Shown here in pieces: positions 44,716 through 57,214 of a DNA stretch of 64,000 bases. This stretch comes from Eledone cirrhosa (taxonomy: Eukaryota). Under the pieces are notes generated by a model. The model had not been told where the DNA came from and did not search any database. It saw nothing but the letters and a program-made list of their open reading frames with translations. The first letter of the stretch is position 1; each line of letters starts with the position of its first letter. The position numbers were made by a program, and so were the translations under genes. The stretch lies in contig OZ024742.1 in the NCBI GenBank assembly GCA_964016885.1, positions 289,044,001 through 289,108,000 of the forward strand. Direction: 5' to 3'.

Positions 44716-47290
44716 TCAAGTTATAAATTGGGTGTTGAGTTTTAGTCTATTATTGATTGGTGGTTGTGTTTTGTCTATAATTAGTGCTTCTTTAATTCTA
44801 AGATTGCCGAGGTTTCTTTCCTTAGTTTCTATCCTAACTGTTATGGTTTTGTCGGTGTTTTTGCATTTAACTAGGTGTTTCTTAAATGAAGAAGCGTTAG
44901 TATTGAGGTGTTCTTTTATTCTTATGTGGAGTGGTCTGGTGGTGCTACCTACGTAGAAGTTGCTGCATTTGTCACACTCTAGTCTGTATACGACGTAAGC
45001 CTGGTGGCATAGGTCTGTGTCGTTGATGGGGCAGTTGGCTAGCCTGCAGCAGTTGTAATGTCTGGTGGAGTGTCTTTTGGTTTGCTGTCCGCGTAGAGAA
45101 GGACCTGAGTGGGCCAGTTGGGTATCTAGTCCCTCTCGTCTGATAGCTCTGCGGATGGCTGTTGTTGTTTCGTCACTGAAGTGTGGGAGCTTCAGGAAGC
45201 AAGTGTTAGTGCCTCGGGTGTGGTGTTCTCTGATCTTTCTTGCACGGTTTGTGGTATATGTCGTGTATCCGTTCAGTTTGAGTACTTCCAGAAAATGTGT
45301 AGTGTGTGTGTCTCGGTCTCTAGCGTCGGTGCATTTGTTCCGGATACGTGTTAATTCGTTCCTTATGTATCCGAACTTAGCGCCGCCTGGGAGGGCCGAT
45401 CTGAAATGTACGAACAGGTCCCTGCTGGCGGATTTTTTATAGAAGCAGGTGTAGATGTTGCCTTCCTCTGTTACCCTGAGTTGGAAGTCCAGTAGGGATA
45501 GGGATCCGCGGTCATCGGAGTGTTCCATGCTGAACTTTATACTGGCGTCCATGCTGGAGAATGTTGTGTATATTTTATCTGCCTCCTCACGGGATGATGT
45601 AAGGATGAGTATGTCATCTACATATCGGGTGAAGAAGGTATGGGAATGGCAGGTGTTGAGGGCTCGGCATTCTAGCTGGTTCATATAGGTGATGGCCAGC
45701 ACGCCCGATAGGCTGGATTCCATGGGTAATCCTGTTGTCTGTCTGTATATGTGGTGGTGGAAGGTGAAGTACGTGTTGTCTACTGTGAAGGACAAAAGCT
45801 GGTGTATGTCCGTCGGATGGAGGCCGTAGCAGTGGATGTACTCTGCGACCACGCAGTCCGTCAATAAATCGACAGCTGGATGAGCGGGGACTAGTGTAGA
45901 GGGAGACAACGTCGAGGCTAAAGGCGTATCTATTTAGTTTAAGTTGTTCTGGCTGGAGTTGTTGTAGTCTACGTATAACTTCGTCGGAGCTACTGACATG
46001 CCCGGGAAAGGTGGAGAGTAGAGGCTTGAGGACCTGGGAGAGGAGCCAGGAAATTTTGTATAGGGATCCTTCTATGCTAAAGACGATGGGTCTTATTTTC
46101 GTCTTAGTACTATTCTTGTGGGTCTTGATGAGGTGGTAGAAAGTGGGCAGTCTGCTATTTCTAGTGGTGTAGTTGAGCTTAACTTTATTTGGGAGTTGTC
46201 TTCTCCTACAGATATCGAACCAGATGGAGTTGGTCTGTTTTTCGATCTGGGCTGCAGTCATGTCCGGGATCTCTGTATATAATTCATTGTCTCTTAGGTG
46301 TTCAAAGGCTAGGTTGTTGTATGTGGCTTGAGAGATGACGCAAAACTCTTTACCTTTGTCGGATGGTAAGTATATAAGTTCCCTATTCCGTAGGTTCTTC
46401 AGGGCGAGTTGTTGTGTCCTGGAGAGGTTTGGGGCTATCTTCTTCTGTTTCCGTAAGATGTTAAATACGGAATGTTTTAGCCTCGAGAGTTTTTCTTCAA
46501 GCTCGCGGTTGGCAGGCGGTGGACAGAGTGGGCGATCCAGTTGGTATATCGGGAATCTGGGTTTGTTAGATTCCGTGGTGTTGTTGCCGAGAGTCGATAT
46601 CCATTGGTAGGCAGCCCGACAGAAATTCGTTTCTATGTCGAGCCATAATTTGTCGTCCAGTCTCTGTTTCAATATGAACTTGGGACCCAGGCTGAGGAGG
46701 TCTAATTCCTCTCGGGAGAGCGATCTTGTCAAGTCTGTGACGAGGTGTTTTGCGTCAGGTGTGTTGTTGGTCGGGGCGCCGCTAGGTTCGGTGTTGGTAT
46801 CGTCTTGTTCGCCTCTGTTGGTGCTTAGAGTTGGGATGTTGTTAAGACGGTTAGCCGTGCTGAGTTTGAGAAATTTTTGCATTAGGCGTATTTTCTCGTA
46901 GTCTCGCCCATGGTGGTATGACCTGTCTATAGCGGCGGAGATAACTCTGGACAGAGGTTCTGGGGTTTCAGCGAGTTGTGGTACAAGGCTGGAAATAGTC
47001 CGTATGTGTTGTTGTAGCGTGCGGTGTAGGGGTTGTATGAGTTTTCTTAGGCAGAATTTTTGTATGTAACTAAGTGATCGTTTGAGGCCTGGTGATTTGA
47101 AGCATGTTGGTAGGTGCAAGTTTTTGATAGTTTTGGGGATGATGTTGTTATTCAGGCATCGTTTTAGGAAGTTTATTTGGCAGCCGGCATTGGCGCGCTT
47201 TCCAGATAGCTGGAAGAGTTTCTTTACAGTTGTGAACTGGGCCTGGCTCAGGCGTAAGGAAAGGAGGAGGTTATAGTTCACTTGAAGCAT
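44716..47290 (-). pseudogene. PLE-2 RT + C-terminal GIY-YIG endonuclease ORF, one frameshift near 45895
   Basis: FLKRC..IIPK, LSLGPKF, PSDKG, FYHLIKTHK..IRPIV, SLDVVSLYTS/VP, GLPMESSLS, RYVDDI, Cys-rich linker, VVYRLECDKCSNFYVGSTTRPLHIRIKEH. Confidence 0.9.
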
Positions 47291-47412
47291 TGTGTAATGA
47301 GGTATAAACGTTTGTATATGTATAATAAAGCCAAAACAATGCAGGTATGGACATAGAATAAAAAATGCAAATGCAAAAGATATTAGTCTTTTACCTTAGA
47401 TTTATTTAAATG

Positions 47413-47449
47413 TCCTTAATTTTCGAGATAATATCTCTTCTTCGGAGGG
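47413..47449 (-). ncRNA. Minimal type-I hammerhead motif in the PLE-2 5' pLTR
   Basis: Same motif with stem I CCT/AGG, ~120 nt upstream of the ORF ATG. Confidence 0.62.
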
Positions 47450-48114
47450 AAGTAAAGCGGTTAAACCAGTGTTCTAAATAGCTTGCCAAGTCATGCTGAC
47501 TGGAAATGGTATAGAGTATCTGTTCTATCTCTAATGTCAAAGAGTTAAGGTTAGGTGGATAAAGAGTAGTCTCCCTTTAAAAGGTTTTTTGTTTTTTTTG
47601 TACATGCCTGTTTAAGTGTGTGGGAGGATGCATGAAGGTGTAAGTATGTGAGTGTGTGTGTGTGTGAGTGTGAGAAGATATGTCTATACGTAAATGTGGG
47701 GGATAGATGTTATCTCGTGTTAGAACTGGTCTTTGTGTGTGTATGTGTGTGTGTGTGAGAGAGAGAATAAGTGGAGGTGTAAGCGTGTGTGTGTGCGTGC
47801 GTGTGTGTGTGCGTGTGGGGTCTGTGTAAATATCGGGCTAGAAGCTCTATCAAGTTATAAATTGGGTATTTAGTTCTAGTCTATTATTGATTGGTGGTTG
47901 TGTTTTGTCTATAATTAGTGCTTCCTTAATTCTAAGATTGCCGAGGTTTCTTTCCTAAGTTTCTATCCTAACTGTTATGGTTTTGTCGGTGTTTTTGCAT
48001 TTAACTAGGTGTTTCTTAAATGAGGAAGCGTTAGTATTGAGGTGTTCTTTTATTCTTATGTGGAGTGGTCTGGTGGTGCTACCTACGTAGAAGTTGCTGC
48101 ATTTGTCACACTCT

Positions 48115-48207
48115 AGAAGAAGAAGAAGAAGAAGAAGAAGAAGAAGAAGAAGAAGAAGAAGAAGAAGAAGAAGAAGAAGAAGAAGAAGAAGAAGAAGAAG
48201 AAGAAGA
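48115..48207. repeat. (AAG)n microsatellite at the PLE-2 5' junction
   Basis: Seen directly in the sequence. Confidence 0.95.
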
Positions 48208-48318
48208 TTCGTATCTGGAACCCACCTATTTGAGATAGTTTCAATGAAAGATGTAAATTTGGAACACTTCTTGTTTCTCAATTTAAACTGTCTATTCATT
48301 TTTTCACTTGGTGAAACA

Positions 48319-48518
48319 NNNNNNNNNNNNNNNNNNNNNNNNNNNNNNNNNNNNNNNNNNNNNNNNNNNNNNNNNNNNNNNNNNNNNNNNNNNNNNNNNN
48401 NNNNNNNNNNNNNNNNNNNNNNNNNNNNNNNNNNNNNNNNNNNNNNNNNNNNNNNNNNNNNNNNNNNNNNNNNNNNNNNNNNNNNNNNNNNNNNNNNNNN
48501 NNNNNNNNNNNNNNNNNN
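48319..48518. other. Assembly gap (200 N) with short duplicated sequence on both sides
   Basis: N run; AATTTAAACTGTCTATTCATT and GGTGAAACA occur on both flanks. Confidence 0.97.
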
Positions 48519-49099
48519 AATTTAAACTGTCTATTCATTGGTGAAACATGCTTGTATAAGTTATTGGTGCATTGGCAAAGAAAGTGTTTGCATGTGTGTG
48601 CATAGCTGTTGTTGCTGTTGTTATATCGCTATGAAAACCGTCTTGAATATTTGTGATTTTTGTCAAAAGAAAACATTTTTTTTCTCTTTTTAAAAAGGCG
48701 TAGAGTTCATTCCATGATTAAATCAGCCATATTTCTTTTTAGTTTGCTTTATCTGCTGTTATTTTCAATAATTTCAGTGGGTGTTGTTTCTCAGTGAGAT
48801 TGTAGCCATTTTTAGGTTGAATGTAAACACAAATATTAATGTTTAAATGTCTGAAAATGATTAATGTCTTGTTTTCTCCTCGTATGTTATGGTTGTGGGT
48901 TGGAGAGTGGTCCAAAAATGTTTCATAGAGGATCTCTTCAGGGAATCATTCAAAAGAAATGTTTTTATTTGTCTTTTTCTTCCCTTTTAGTTGTGTTTGT
49001 TAGAAAAACAAATCCTACAGACCGACAAGTTCTCGCATCTTTTCACGTTTGTTACAAATAATAATGATAATAATAAAAAGTAACAATAACAATAATGAC

Positions 49100-49166
49100 G
49101 ATGATTTCTTTGTTAACCACAAAGAGTTGACATGAAGAAAACATTAAAGACGACTCAGGACGAAAC

Positions 49167-49238
<72 letters not shown>

Positions 49239-51170
49239 TTTATTTTTATGTGGGTTTTGTTTGTAAACGGAAGAAAATTAACAATAAAATTATAACAAAG
49301 GAAATTCCTCAATAGGGAGGAGACTTCTGAGGGCCACTCATGGATGAACAACCCCATAAAATCCACGGTTACCCTGACAGCTAGGGCAAGTGCCGTCTCC
49401 CAGTTTTCCTCCTCTAATCTACAGGCATATACTCAGGGTAGATCCGTTCACTCAGACCATGTTCGGCACTCATTCACCTTTCAACAAAATGGCTGCAAGA
49501 CAATATTTTCCTCTCCATCCTAATTTCCCCTTTCATATGAAACTTGAAAAATTTAATCAGGGATTAACTAAAGAGAAAACTATCAGCCTTCAGCCCGTTC
49601 AGTCGTCCACTATAGGACCTCTTTCGCCATGGCTTAACATGCATATAAAAACTACCTACCCTTCCTGGCTAAAGGAAGGTGGTGAGGTGATCTTCATGAT
49701 ATACTCAGCTGATAATTTGGACTCGTCCCACACATGACAACAGCTGTTTGACATAAACCCATAAGTCAGAAATGCTCGGACATTAAACAAATGCATGCAT
49801 CATGGTTTTGTCATCATGTGCACACCTCGGACAAGCCTACATGCACTTCCATGCATGTGGTGTTTATCTCGAATCGGTAATGTCTCCTGGTAACACTGCT
49901 AGGCCAGTCCATTTTCCATGCGTGCATGGATTGGACGACTGTCAGGTATTGAGACCACACCGGTCAAGTGATTAGGTCCTACTCGTACATTTCGTTTTGG
50001 CTTAGTTTTGGGGGTTCATGTTGTTCTACCTGTTGTTGTTGATGGTCTTGACTTGTTGGTGGTGGCGCTGCTGTTGTTTGGTTTTGGTGTTAGAAGAGAG
50101 GACCTCTTCTCCTTCAGTTTTGAGTAGAAAGCTTTTAAGAGCGTTGTTGCCACAAACATGTGATATTTGACCTTACTGTTCTGCACTGCTATGGATAAAG
50201 AGTGATGCCACCAAGGAGACGGATTTTCGTCAGGGGTGGCTTCGACCCACTTCTGGCTCAACTAGATGAAAAATTCCATCCTCATCCCCGTCCAGCTCTC
50301 ACTTCTCATCTTGTATCCTCTTCCACGTCCACAGTAACGGCTGCTATTAGCCAAGGAATGGCTATTTCAGACAGTACCTGTGTAACATGGATTTTAGCCA
50401 ACTGCTGGCCATATTAAGGTGAACCTAGTAGGATTCCTTCACTCGTCAGGGTGTCAGTGAGTGAGAGAGATTTTGCCTATTCCATCGTTGGTAGCAAATC
50501 TTACCTCCACTATCTCAAATTTCTTGTCGTGAGTGATGTGCGTTTTAAGCTCCCATGCAAAGGCCAGATTTAATGAGGGCAAAGGAAGCAAGTGCCTCGG
50601 GCCCCCTGCAGTGGGGGTCCCCCACCAGCGACGGCCGTAGCATTTATTTGTACCCTCAGCTGGGGCTTTAGTTTTAGGATGGTTAGAATTTTTTGAATTT
50701 AATACCTGTATGTATAACTTTTCAATTCCAATTACTTGCGACAAGCTAACTTTGATATCTAAAATTGGAGGGTTTGCTGTGTATTCTAATGTTTTGTGTA
50801 TGAGGGGCCCTTCAAACCTGAAGTGCCCCGAGCCTCTCAAGAACTAAATCCAAGCCTGCTCCGATGCAACCCAAAGCTTTCTGGATTTGGGCTTCGTTGT
50901 TTGCTCAATCTGGCGTGACTTTATTCCACATGTATGGTGCGTCTCTGTGCAACGTACTTTATTTTCAATGGCGTGTTCGGGCTGACAGCGTGGACGGTTC
51001 ATTCGATCAGCCGTTTAGCTTGTCTCACCTCCTCCTCAATGAATGACATTCATTATTTGCAAGCTTTTCGTGGTACTTGCAAAAGTGAGGTTCACGCGAG
51101 CTTTGCTATTATTGTTGTTGTCAATGGCAATACCCTCAGTCGGTGTATTAAGGTAATATGAATAATTTCA
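49100..51170 (-). mobile_element. Old Tx1-family copy: decayed ORF1 joined to the 3' end of ORF2/3' UTR
   Basis: 49100-49910 resembles 31645-32400. In 49980-51100, EAQIQKALG, KTHITHDKKFEIVEVRFAT and IAVQNSKVK..LLKAF align by eye with ORF1 EAQIQKALG, KTHITRGKKYATVDVLFAT and ISVEGKRPK..HLRAF. Confidence 0.72.
50558..50858. mobile_element. Non-autonomous hAT-type MITE (~300 bp)
   Basis: Imperfect TIRs CAAAGGCCAGATTTA / TAAATCCAAGCCTG and an 8-bp TSD CTCCCATG / CTCCGATG. It interrupts the decayed Tx1 ORF1. Confidence 0.72.
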
Positions 51171-51198
51171 GGATGTAGCACAATACAAAATAAGATAG

Positions 51199-52474
51199 AT
51201 TTCTTTATTAGCCACAAGGGCGCACAAGAAAAGGGGAGAATACAAAGACATGCCGGGGATTTTACATACAGTCGTGTAAAAAATAGAAAAACAAACAATT
51301 ACAACAATCGAAATCCCCAATAGGGGGAGGCGCCACAAATGGGTTGTTTAATACCCCGTCGATAGAACAACCCTCAACTCCAGGAGCGTGTTGTGCAAGT
51401 GCTCCTTTCTTCCTTTTGCTCTTTTCCTCAACCTACAGGCTTATAAACAGAGAAGGCCCAATCACTCGGGCCATTTTCGCTTCATTCACCCACCTTTCAG
51501 TAAATTTACTGGGGTGCAGTGCCTCTCTCTCCACCCTGATTCTCCTTCTAAAGTGATACTTAAAGAAGGGAATCAATTGTTGTCCGGAGAGAAAGGCATC
51601 TGTCCTCAGTCCTCTCAACCTCGTCCACCATATAACTTCTTTCACCATAGCTACCGTACAGAGGAAAACCGCCTCTCTTTCGCTGGCGGTTTGATCCTTA
51701 CTATCGACTCGGCAGTCAACTGGATTTGTCCCATACGCGACAGCAGTTGTTCTGCATAGTTCCATAGGTCGGTTACGCCCGGGCAGTGTACAATTGCGTG
51801 CAGGACTGTTTCAATGTCCTGCGCGCATCTTGGACACGTCCTCTTGGAAGGATCTCTGCCGGGGCGTCCGTGCCTGTAGATCTTGTCACGAACCGGTAGA
51901 GCTCCTCAGTAGCACTGCCAGGCCAGGGACCTCTGGAAGTTGTCCATAGGTCCCGGGCGGAAAGTCCTACCAAACAGACTGGTGAGCTCATCGTCTTCGA
52001 CGCCCAGAGTCTCTCCGAGCACGTCGTCGCCCTTGTAACGTAAATCCCTCTATAGAATGTCGAAGTGGAGTCTCCACTGATTGCTGCGCCCGCTTGCCAG
52101 AGGACTGTGAGCGCCTGAGCGCATTCAATGTGCCAGGCGCCCATCGTTTTCGGTCTTTTCTTCACCCAGGACTGCAGCTCCGTAAGCGAGACGAGCTGTG
52201 GGAAAGTCTGTCTCACAAACGGTGCCCACACCGGTTGGGGGTCGGCGAGGAATACCTGGAGATGCCGCAGCCTCATAAGCCACGGCATCATAAGCCATGG
52301 CATTCCCAGCCCTCCGTTGGAAGGGTGCTGACAGCAGACGGATCTCCTCACCAGCGGAGCCTGCTTCTTCCACAGAAACTGGAAGAGCATGCGTTCCATC
52401 TTGGCGAGGTGTTCACGGGGACAAGGCACGACAGTCAAGCAGTAGTAGATGACGGACGCTATGAAAGTGTTCGC
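51199..52474 (-). mobile_element. 5'-truncated Tx1 copy (ORF2 C-terminus + 3' UTR) with 18-bp TSD
   Basis: ANTFIASVIYYCLTVVPCP..FLWK..GGLGMPW is homologous to the 31895-33241 ORF. TSD CAATACAAAATAAGATAG at 51181-51198 and 52475-52492. Confidence 0.9.
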
Positions 52475-52519
52475 CAATACAAAATAAGATAGGATATTCA
52501 CCGCCTTCGTCTAGAGCGA

Positions 52520-52700
52520 GGGATACTATGCTTTGCAGCATAGAGCCTTTTACTTTCTGACTTTAAATCCCACAGAAGTTAGCTTTGCCTTTCATCCTTA
52601 CGAGGTCGATAAAATAAAGTACCAATAAAGCACTTGGGTCGATTTAGTCGACTTTTCCCTTCCCTTCAAATTGCTGGCCTTGTGTCTAAATCAGAAACCC
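52520..52700 (+). mobile_element. SINE family B, degenerate
   Basis: CTTTGCCTTTCATCCTTACGAGGTCGATAAAATAAAGTACC...GCTGGCCTTGTGTC. Confidence 0.75.
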
Positions 52701-53317
52701 CTATTAAAAGCAAATAGGGACCCAGGCGCTGACCGTCCGGGATCTTAGCCGGTTGCTAGAGTGATGAAGTATTTGTTGACAAAACGGTGGCTGTTACGGT
52801 AGTGATGTCGGCAGGTGGTTGGCAGGCAAACTGTCTCACTGTCTCGTCGTAATTGTTGTAGTTACTATTGTTGAAGCTGTTCATGTTATCACATTTAGTG
52901 TTTTGATGATGTAGCTGTTTATTTTAAAAAACTTTTCATGTTTAAAACTACGTTACATTTTTTATCGCTTGTAGATACTTGACAGATGCGGGTAATAATA
53001 AGCGTTTCAATGCTTGTTGAGCGTCTGTTCCCTTCTCTTTGCAATGTAGTATTGCTATTTTTCTTTTTTCTTCTGTCTATGTATCCAAATTAATTTTTGC
53101 ATACAAATTTGTATGTTGGTATTCTTTTTTTAATTTTAAAATTACGAAATCCCCAAGAAGAGTTGTTCCGTATCTGAGAAATACACCTGCGATTAGCAGA
53201 CTGGTTCTCCGTGATTGTGTCAAGTGTAAATAATTAAAAACACTGAAACAGGTAAAAATAAAAAAATAAATAAAATTTGTGTAAACTTATGGGAGCTAAG
53301 AAGAAACGTGCTATAAT

Positions 53318-53465
53318 AATTGTTTCTACTTTAGGCACAAGGCCAGTAATTTGAAGGGGATGGGAAACTCGATTAAATCGACCCAGTACATTACTGGTGT
53401 TTTATTTTATTGACCCCGTATGAATGAAAGGCAAAGTTAAGCTCGGCAGGATTCGAACTCAGAAT
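53318..53465 (-). mobile_element. SINE family B, 5'-truncated
   Basis: Plus strand reads GGCACAAGGCCAG...GAAAGGCAAAGTTAAGCTCGGCAGGATTCGAACTC. Confidence 0.78.
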
Positions 53466-53714
53466 GTATATTGACTCTGTAAGGAGAAAGTTGTTACTAA
53501 ATACACCAAAATATTTGTCTGACAACGGAAGGGCTCACATCAAGAAAACATTAAGAGCGGTGCAGACCTCGTTTTTGTCATTCTTGTTCTTATCTGAAGG
53601 TAGATACATGGGTAAGTACACATAAATAGATAATCATAGATTGACAGTGAGACAGATAGAATGAAAAATAAGTAGGGAGGTAGGTAGGTAGATACACAGT
53701 TATGTAGGTAGGTA

Positions 53715-53970
53715 TGTAGCGAAATCTGTCCACGTCTTGAACCTTGGGTGACACCTAAAAGTCAAATTCTAGGTCACCATCCTTTTCGGCATGGACAAGT
53801 TCATGCGTGGGCGATCCCTCGAAGCAGGGAGACAGAAAGCGATAGGTATATAAAGCCTATATTTTCCCACGTTTCACACAGAGAAATCGGAGCCGTACGC
53901 TATAGTGTAGCTATGTAAAGATTCATCGACTACTACAGGCCGCGGAGGTCTACAGTCAACCACAGACCAT

Positions 53971-54023
<53 letters not shown>

Positions 54024-55740
54024 GGACTCAGACTACACCAGCCTCATGAACCAACAACAAAATAAGATCGGCGAACCTTCGCGACTCATGGTAACTTGTT
54101 TATTGTTCTTTTTGACTGAAGTAAAGTAAACCTTTTTATATATAAAGTAAATCAGCTATTCTTGTTAATTCATCTAACAACAACAACTACTAATACCCTT
54201 CGTTATATTGGTGACCCAGATGCGGGAACGAACAGATTCCTCTAAAAAAAAATACGAAGTGGTATTTTAAAAAAGAAAATCACACGCAGCTTTCTGATCA
54301 TCGCTTCCATTACCAACATCAACAACTTTCTCAGCAATATATAATTACCAAGCTTCTCATCTATATGGTACGATATGATAAAACTTCACTTTTTCAAATT
54401 ATTCACCAAACTTCCACTCTACGGAATATTTACAGTGACTTCGCTTTGATGTTTCGATTCATTACCAAACACTTCACCACGTGCTTCGTAATCTCCAACA
54501 ACAGACAATACTACTAGCTTCCTAGCAAGAAAACGATCACATAAAGAAGAGAAAACTGAACTTTTTGTAAAGAACAATTATATAAATATATATATATTTT
54601 TTTTTTACAGGTTATATATGAACGTTCATTTTTATTTTTTTTATTTGTTTTACTGTATTATATGCCTGTATGAACATACACGTTTTGCATCAAACACACA
54701 TCATTTTCTTTGTCTCACACCAACATGTTTTTGTCTATGGTATGTTCTGGATCCGGTTGGGTTTCTGCGAGATCACTTTTCAACTGGTCGAGGTACGGCA
54801 ACAGCTATTAAATACATGAGAAACAACCCATTGGTACTACACGCCAGGACTCACTCAGGCACGCAACTCAAAATTGCACAGACTCATGTCATAGCATAAC
54901 TCTCGACTCACTGGAAAAGCATCTTACGTATGATGATACATCGAGAGAAATAGTCCTCTGTATTATCATATCGTAATCTGATACCGCGACCCCAAACGTT
55001 CAGTCATCCATACACAACAGTCGAAATACATGATCACAACTTTGTATATTTACAGTTTCTTCTAAATGTTACACACACACACATGCATACGCAGTTATAC
55101 GATATTACTATTATTATTTTTTTGTCTCTCTTCAAATTTCTCTGCACTCGAAATGCGGGCGCAGTACCCACATGTTGTGTGTTTTGGGACACGCTTCTGG
55201 AATTAGATTTCGCTACCCCTTTTATAATCGATCGCTGCTCCTGCATGGATCTGGGTAGGGAACTAATGTAGCGAAATCTTTCCACGCCTTGAATCTTGGG
55301 TGACACCTAAAAGTCAAATTCTAGGTCACCATCCTTTTCGGCATGGACAGGTTCATGTGTGGGCGATCTCTCGAAACAGGGAGACAGAAAGCGACAGGTA
55401 TATAAAGCCTATATTTTCCCACATTTCACACAGAGAAATCGGAGCCGTACACTATAGTATAGCTATGTAAAGATTCATCGACTACTACAGGCCTCTGAGG
55501 TCTACAGGCTTCTGAGGTCTACAGTCAACCACAGACCATTACTCTCTCTCTCTCCTGGTCTCAGACTACACCAGCCTCATTAACCAACAACAAAATAACA
55601 TCGGCGAACCTTCGCGACTCGTGGTAACTTCTTTATTGTTCTTTTTGACTGAAATGAAGTAAACCTTTTTATATATAAAGTAAATCAGCTATTCTTGTTA
55701 ATTCATCTAACAACAACAACTACTAATACCCTTCGTTACA
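53715..55740 (+). mobile_element. Non-autonomous LTR retroelement: LTRs 53715-54207 and 55267-55740, ~1.06-kb non-coding interior
   Basis: Direct repeats TGTAGCGAAATC...CCCTTCGTTA(T/C)A containing TATATAAA and (CT)n. PBS TGGTGACCC at 54209. Purine-rich GGGTAGGGAA before the 3' LTR. Imperfect 4-bp TSD GGTA/GATA. Confidence 0.87.
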
Positions 55741-56299
55741 GATATACAGTTAGATAGATAGATAGATAGAAATATAGGTAGGTAGCTATAGAGAGCTGTT
55801 GTTGTATTAACTACTGACCATCTTGTCAACACTGTTAGGAGAGAGAAAGAGAGAGAGAGAGGGGGATAGGGGGAAGATACCAAATTCCATTTCCCAAAGT
55901 GGGTGTCATAGAACACCTGTTTTTCTTTTGATTCCAGAGTCGGGCCAGTTCGATACATATCGGACCTTGAGCTGATCAAAAGCGAAACGCACGCCACCAA
56001 TCAATAAACGTAATGAAGGATTAAAAAATGGTCCTTGTATTATTATTATTATTATTACTGGCTTTGTGCCTATACTAGAAATCATTATTATTATTATATA
56101 TATATATAGAGAGAGAGGGGGGGAGTTGTGTGTGTGTGTGCGCGCGCGTGCGTGTGTGTATCACATCTGTCTTTATGATCTACCAAAAATTCTTTTTAAG
56201 GCAGTACCACAGCGTGACAGTCTAATAATGAGTAATGGTGTATAAATAACATTACAAATTGTTCACAATTCTTTCAGAATGGAAATATAAACACATATA

Positions 56300-56683
56300 A
56301 TTGTTTCTATTTTTGGCACAAGGCCAGCAATTACCCAGTACATTACTGGTACTTTATTTTATCGACCCCGTAAGGATGAAAGGCAAAGTTAACCTCGGCG
56401 GGATTTGAACTCAGATCATAAAGGGACGTAACTCTATGCTTCAAAGCATGGACTCTCTACCGATACTAGCAATCCACCGCCCTATAAACATATAATTGTT
56501 TCTACTTTAGACACAAGGCCAGCAATTATCCAGTGTATTACTGGTACTTTATTTTATCGACCCCGTAAGGATGAAAGGCAAAGTTAACCTCGGTGGGATT
56601 TGAACTCAGAATGGCAAGGGCCGTAACTCTATGCGTCAAAGCATGGCGTCCGACCCTCTACCGATACTGCCAATCCACCGCCC
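56300..56683 (-). mobile_element. Two tandem copies of SINE family B
   Basis: Each is the reverse complement of GGGCGGTGGATTG..GAGTTCAAATCCC..CCGAGGTTAACTTTGCC..GGCCTTGTG. Confidence 0.87.
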
Positions 56684-56977
56684 CTATATAAACACATATC
56701 TCCTTATAATATATAACCAGCAATTTCTCTGTCTGTTTGTCCGACAGTGGAAACACGTGCGCGCGTGGTTGCTATCTCTCTCTCTCTCCAGCTATCCCTC
56801 TCTTTTAGTCTGTCTGTTTCTCTCACTCTCACTCTTTCTCTTTGTAACACACTAACATTCCTCCCCTCTATCGCTGTGACGAATGGGGAGATGGAGGAGG
56901 AGGAGAGAGTCACTTCGTCACTTCACCTCTGCCTTTCTTTCTCTCCCCTCTCACTCCCTCATTACGTACAGACATTA

Positions 56978-57168
56978 GGGCGGTGGATTGGCAGAATCTG
57001 TAGAGAGTCGGACACCATGCTTAATAGCATGGAGTTACGTCCCTTTACGGTCCGAGTTCAAATACCGCCGAGGTTAACTTTGCCTTTCATCCTCACGGGG
57101 TCGATAAAATAAAGTACCAGTAATGTACTGGGTAATTGCTGGCCTTGTGCCAAAAGTAGAAACAATTA
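56978..57168 (+). mobile_element. Full-length SINE family B
   Basis: GGGCGGTGGATTGGCAGAATC head, GAGTTCAAAT B box, conserved body, ends AGAAACAATT. Confidence 0.87.
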
Positions 57169-57214
57169 TTAGAAACATTGCTTCATTTTTACATATTTAA
57201 GCATTAGTAAAATA

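Larger units (their letters stand above)
44172..48116 (-). mobile_element. Full-length Penelope-like element (PLE-2) with partial-tandem pseudo-LTRs
   Basis: An ~811-bp direct repeat (44172-44982 / 47306-48116, offset 3134) includes the 3' end of the GIY-YIG coding region. A single RT-EN ORF lies between. Flanks are (TA)n and (AAG)n. Confidence 0.93.

Noticed and set aside
47291-47400. PLE 5' intron
   Set aside because: A donor-like AAG|GTAAAA and a pyrimidine tract exist on the minus strand, but there is no convincing acceptor before the ATG.
47955-48299. ORF with poly-Leu fused to a GIY-YIG fragment
   Set aside because: It is a chance fusion of (CTT)n with the duplicated PLE 3' end, and it has a premature stop.
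48280-48548. Direct repeat around the N run as a biological duplication
   Set aside because: Most simply explained as overlapping contig ends at a scaffold gap.
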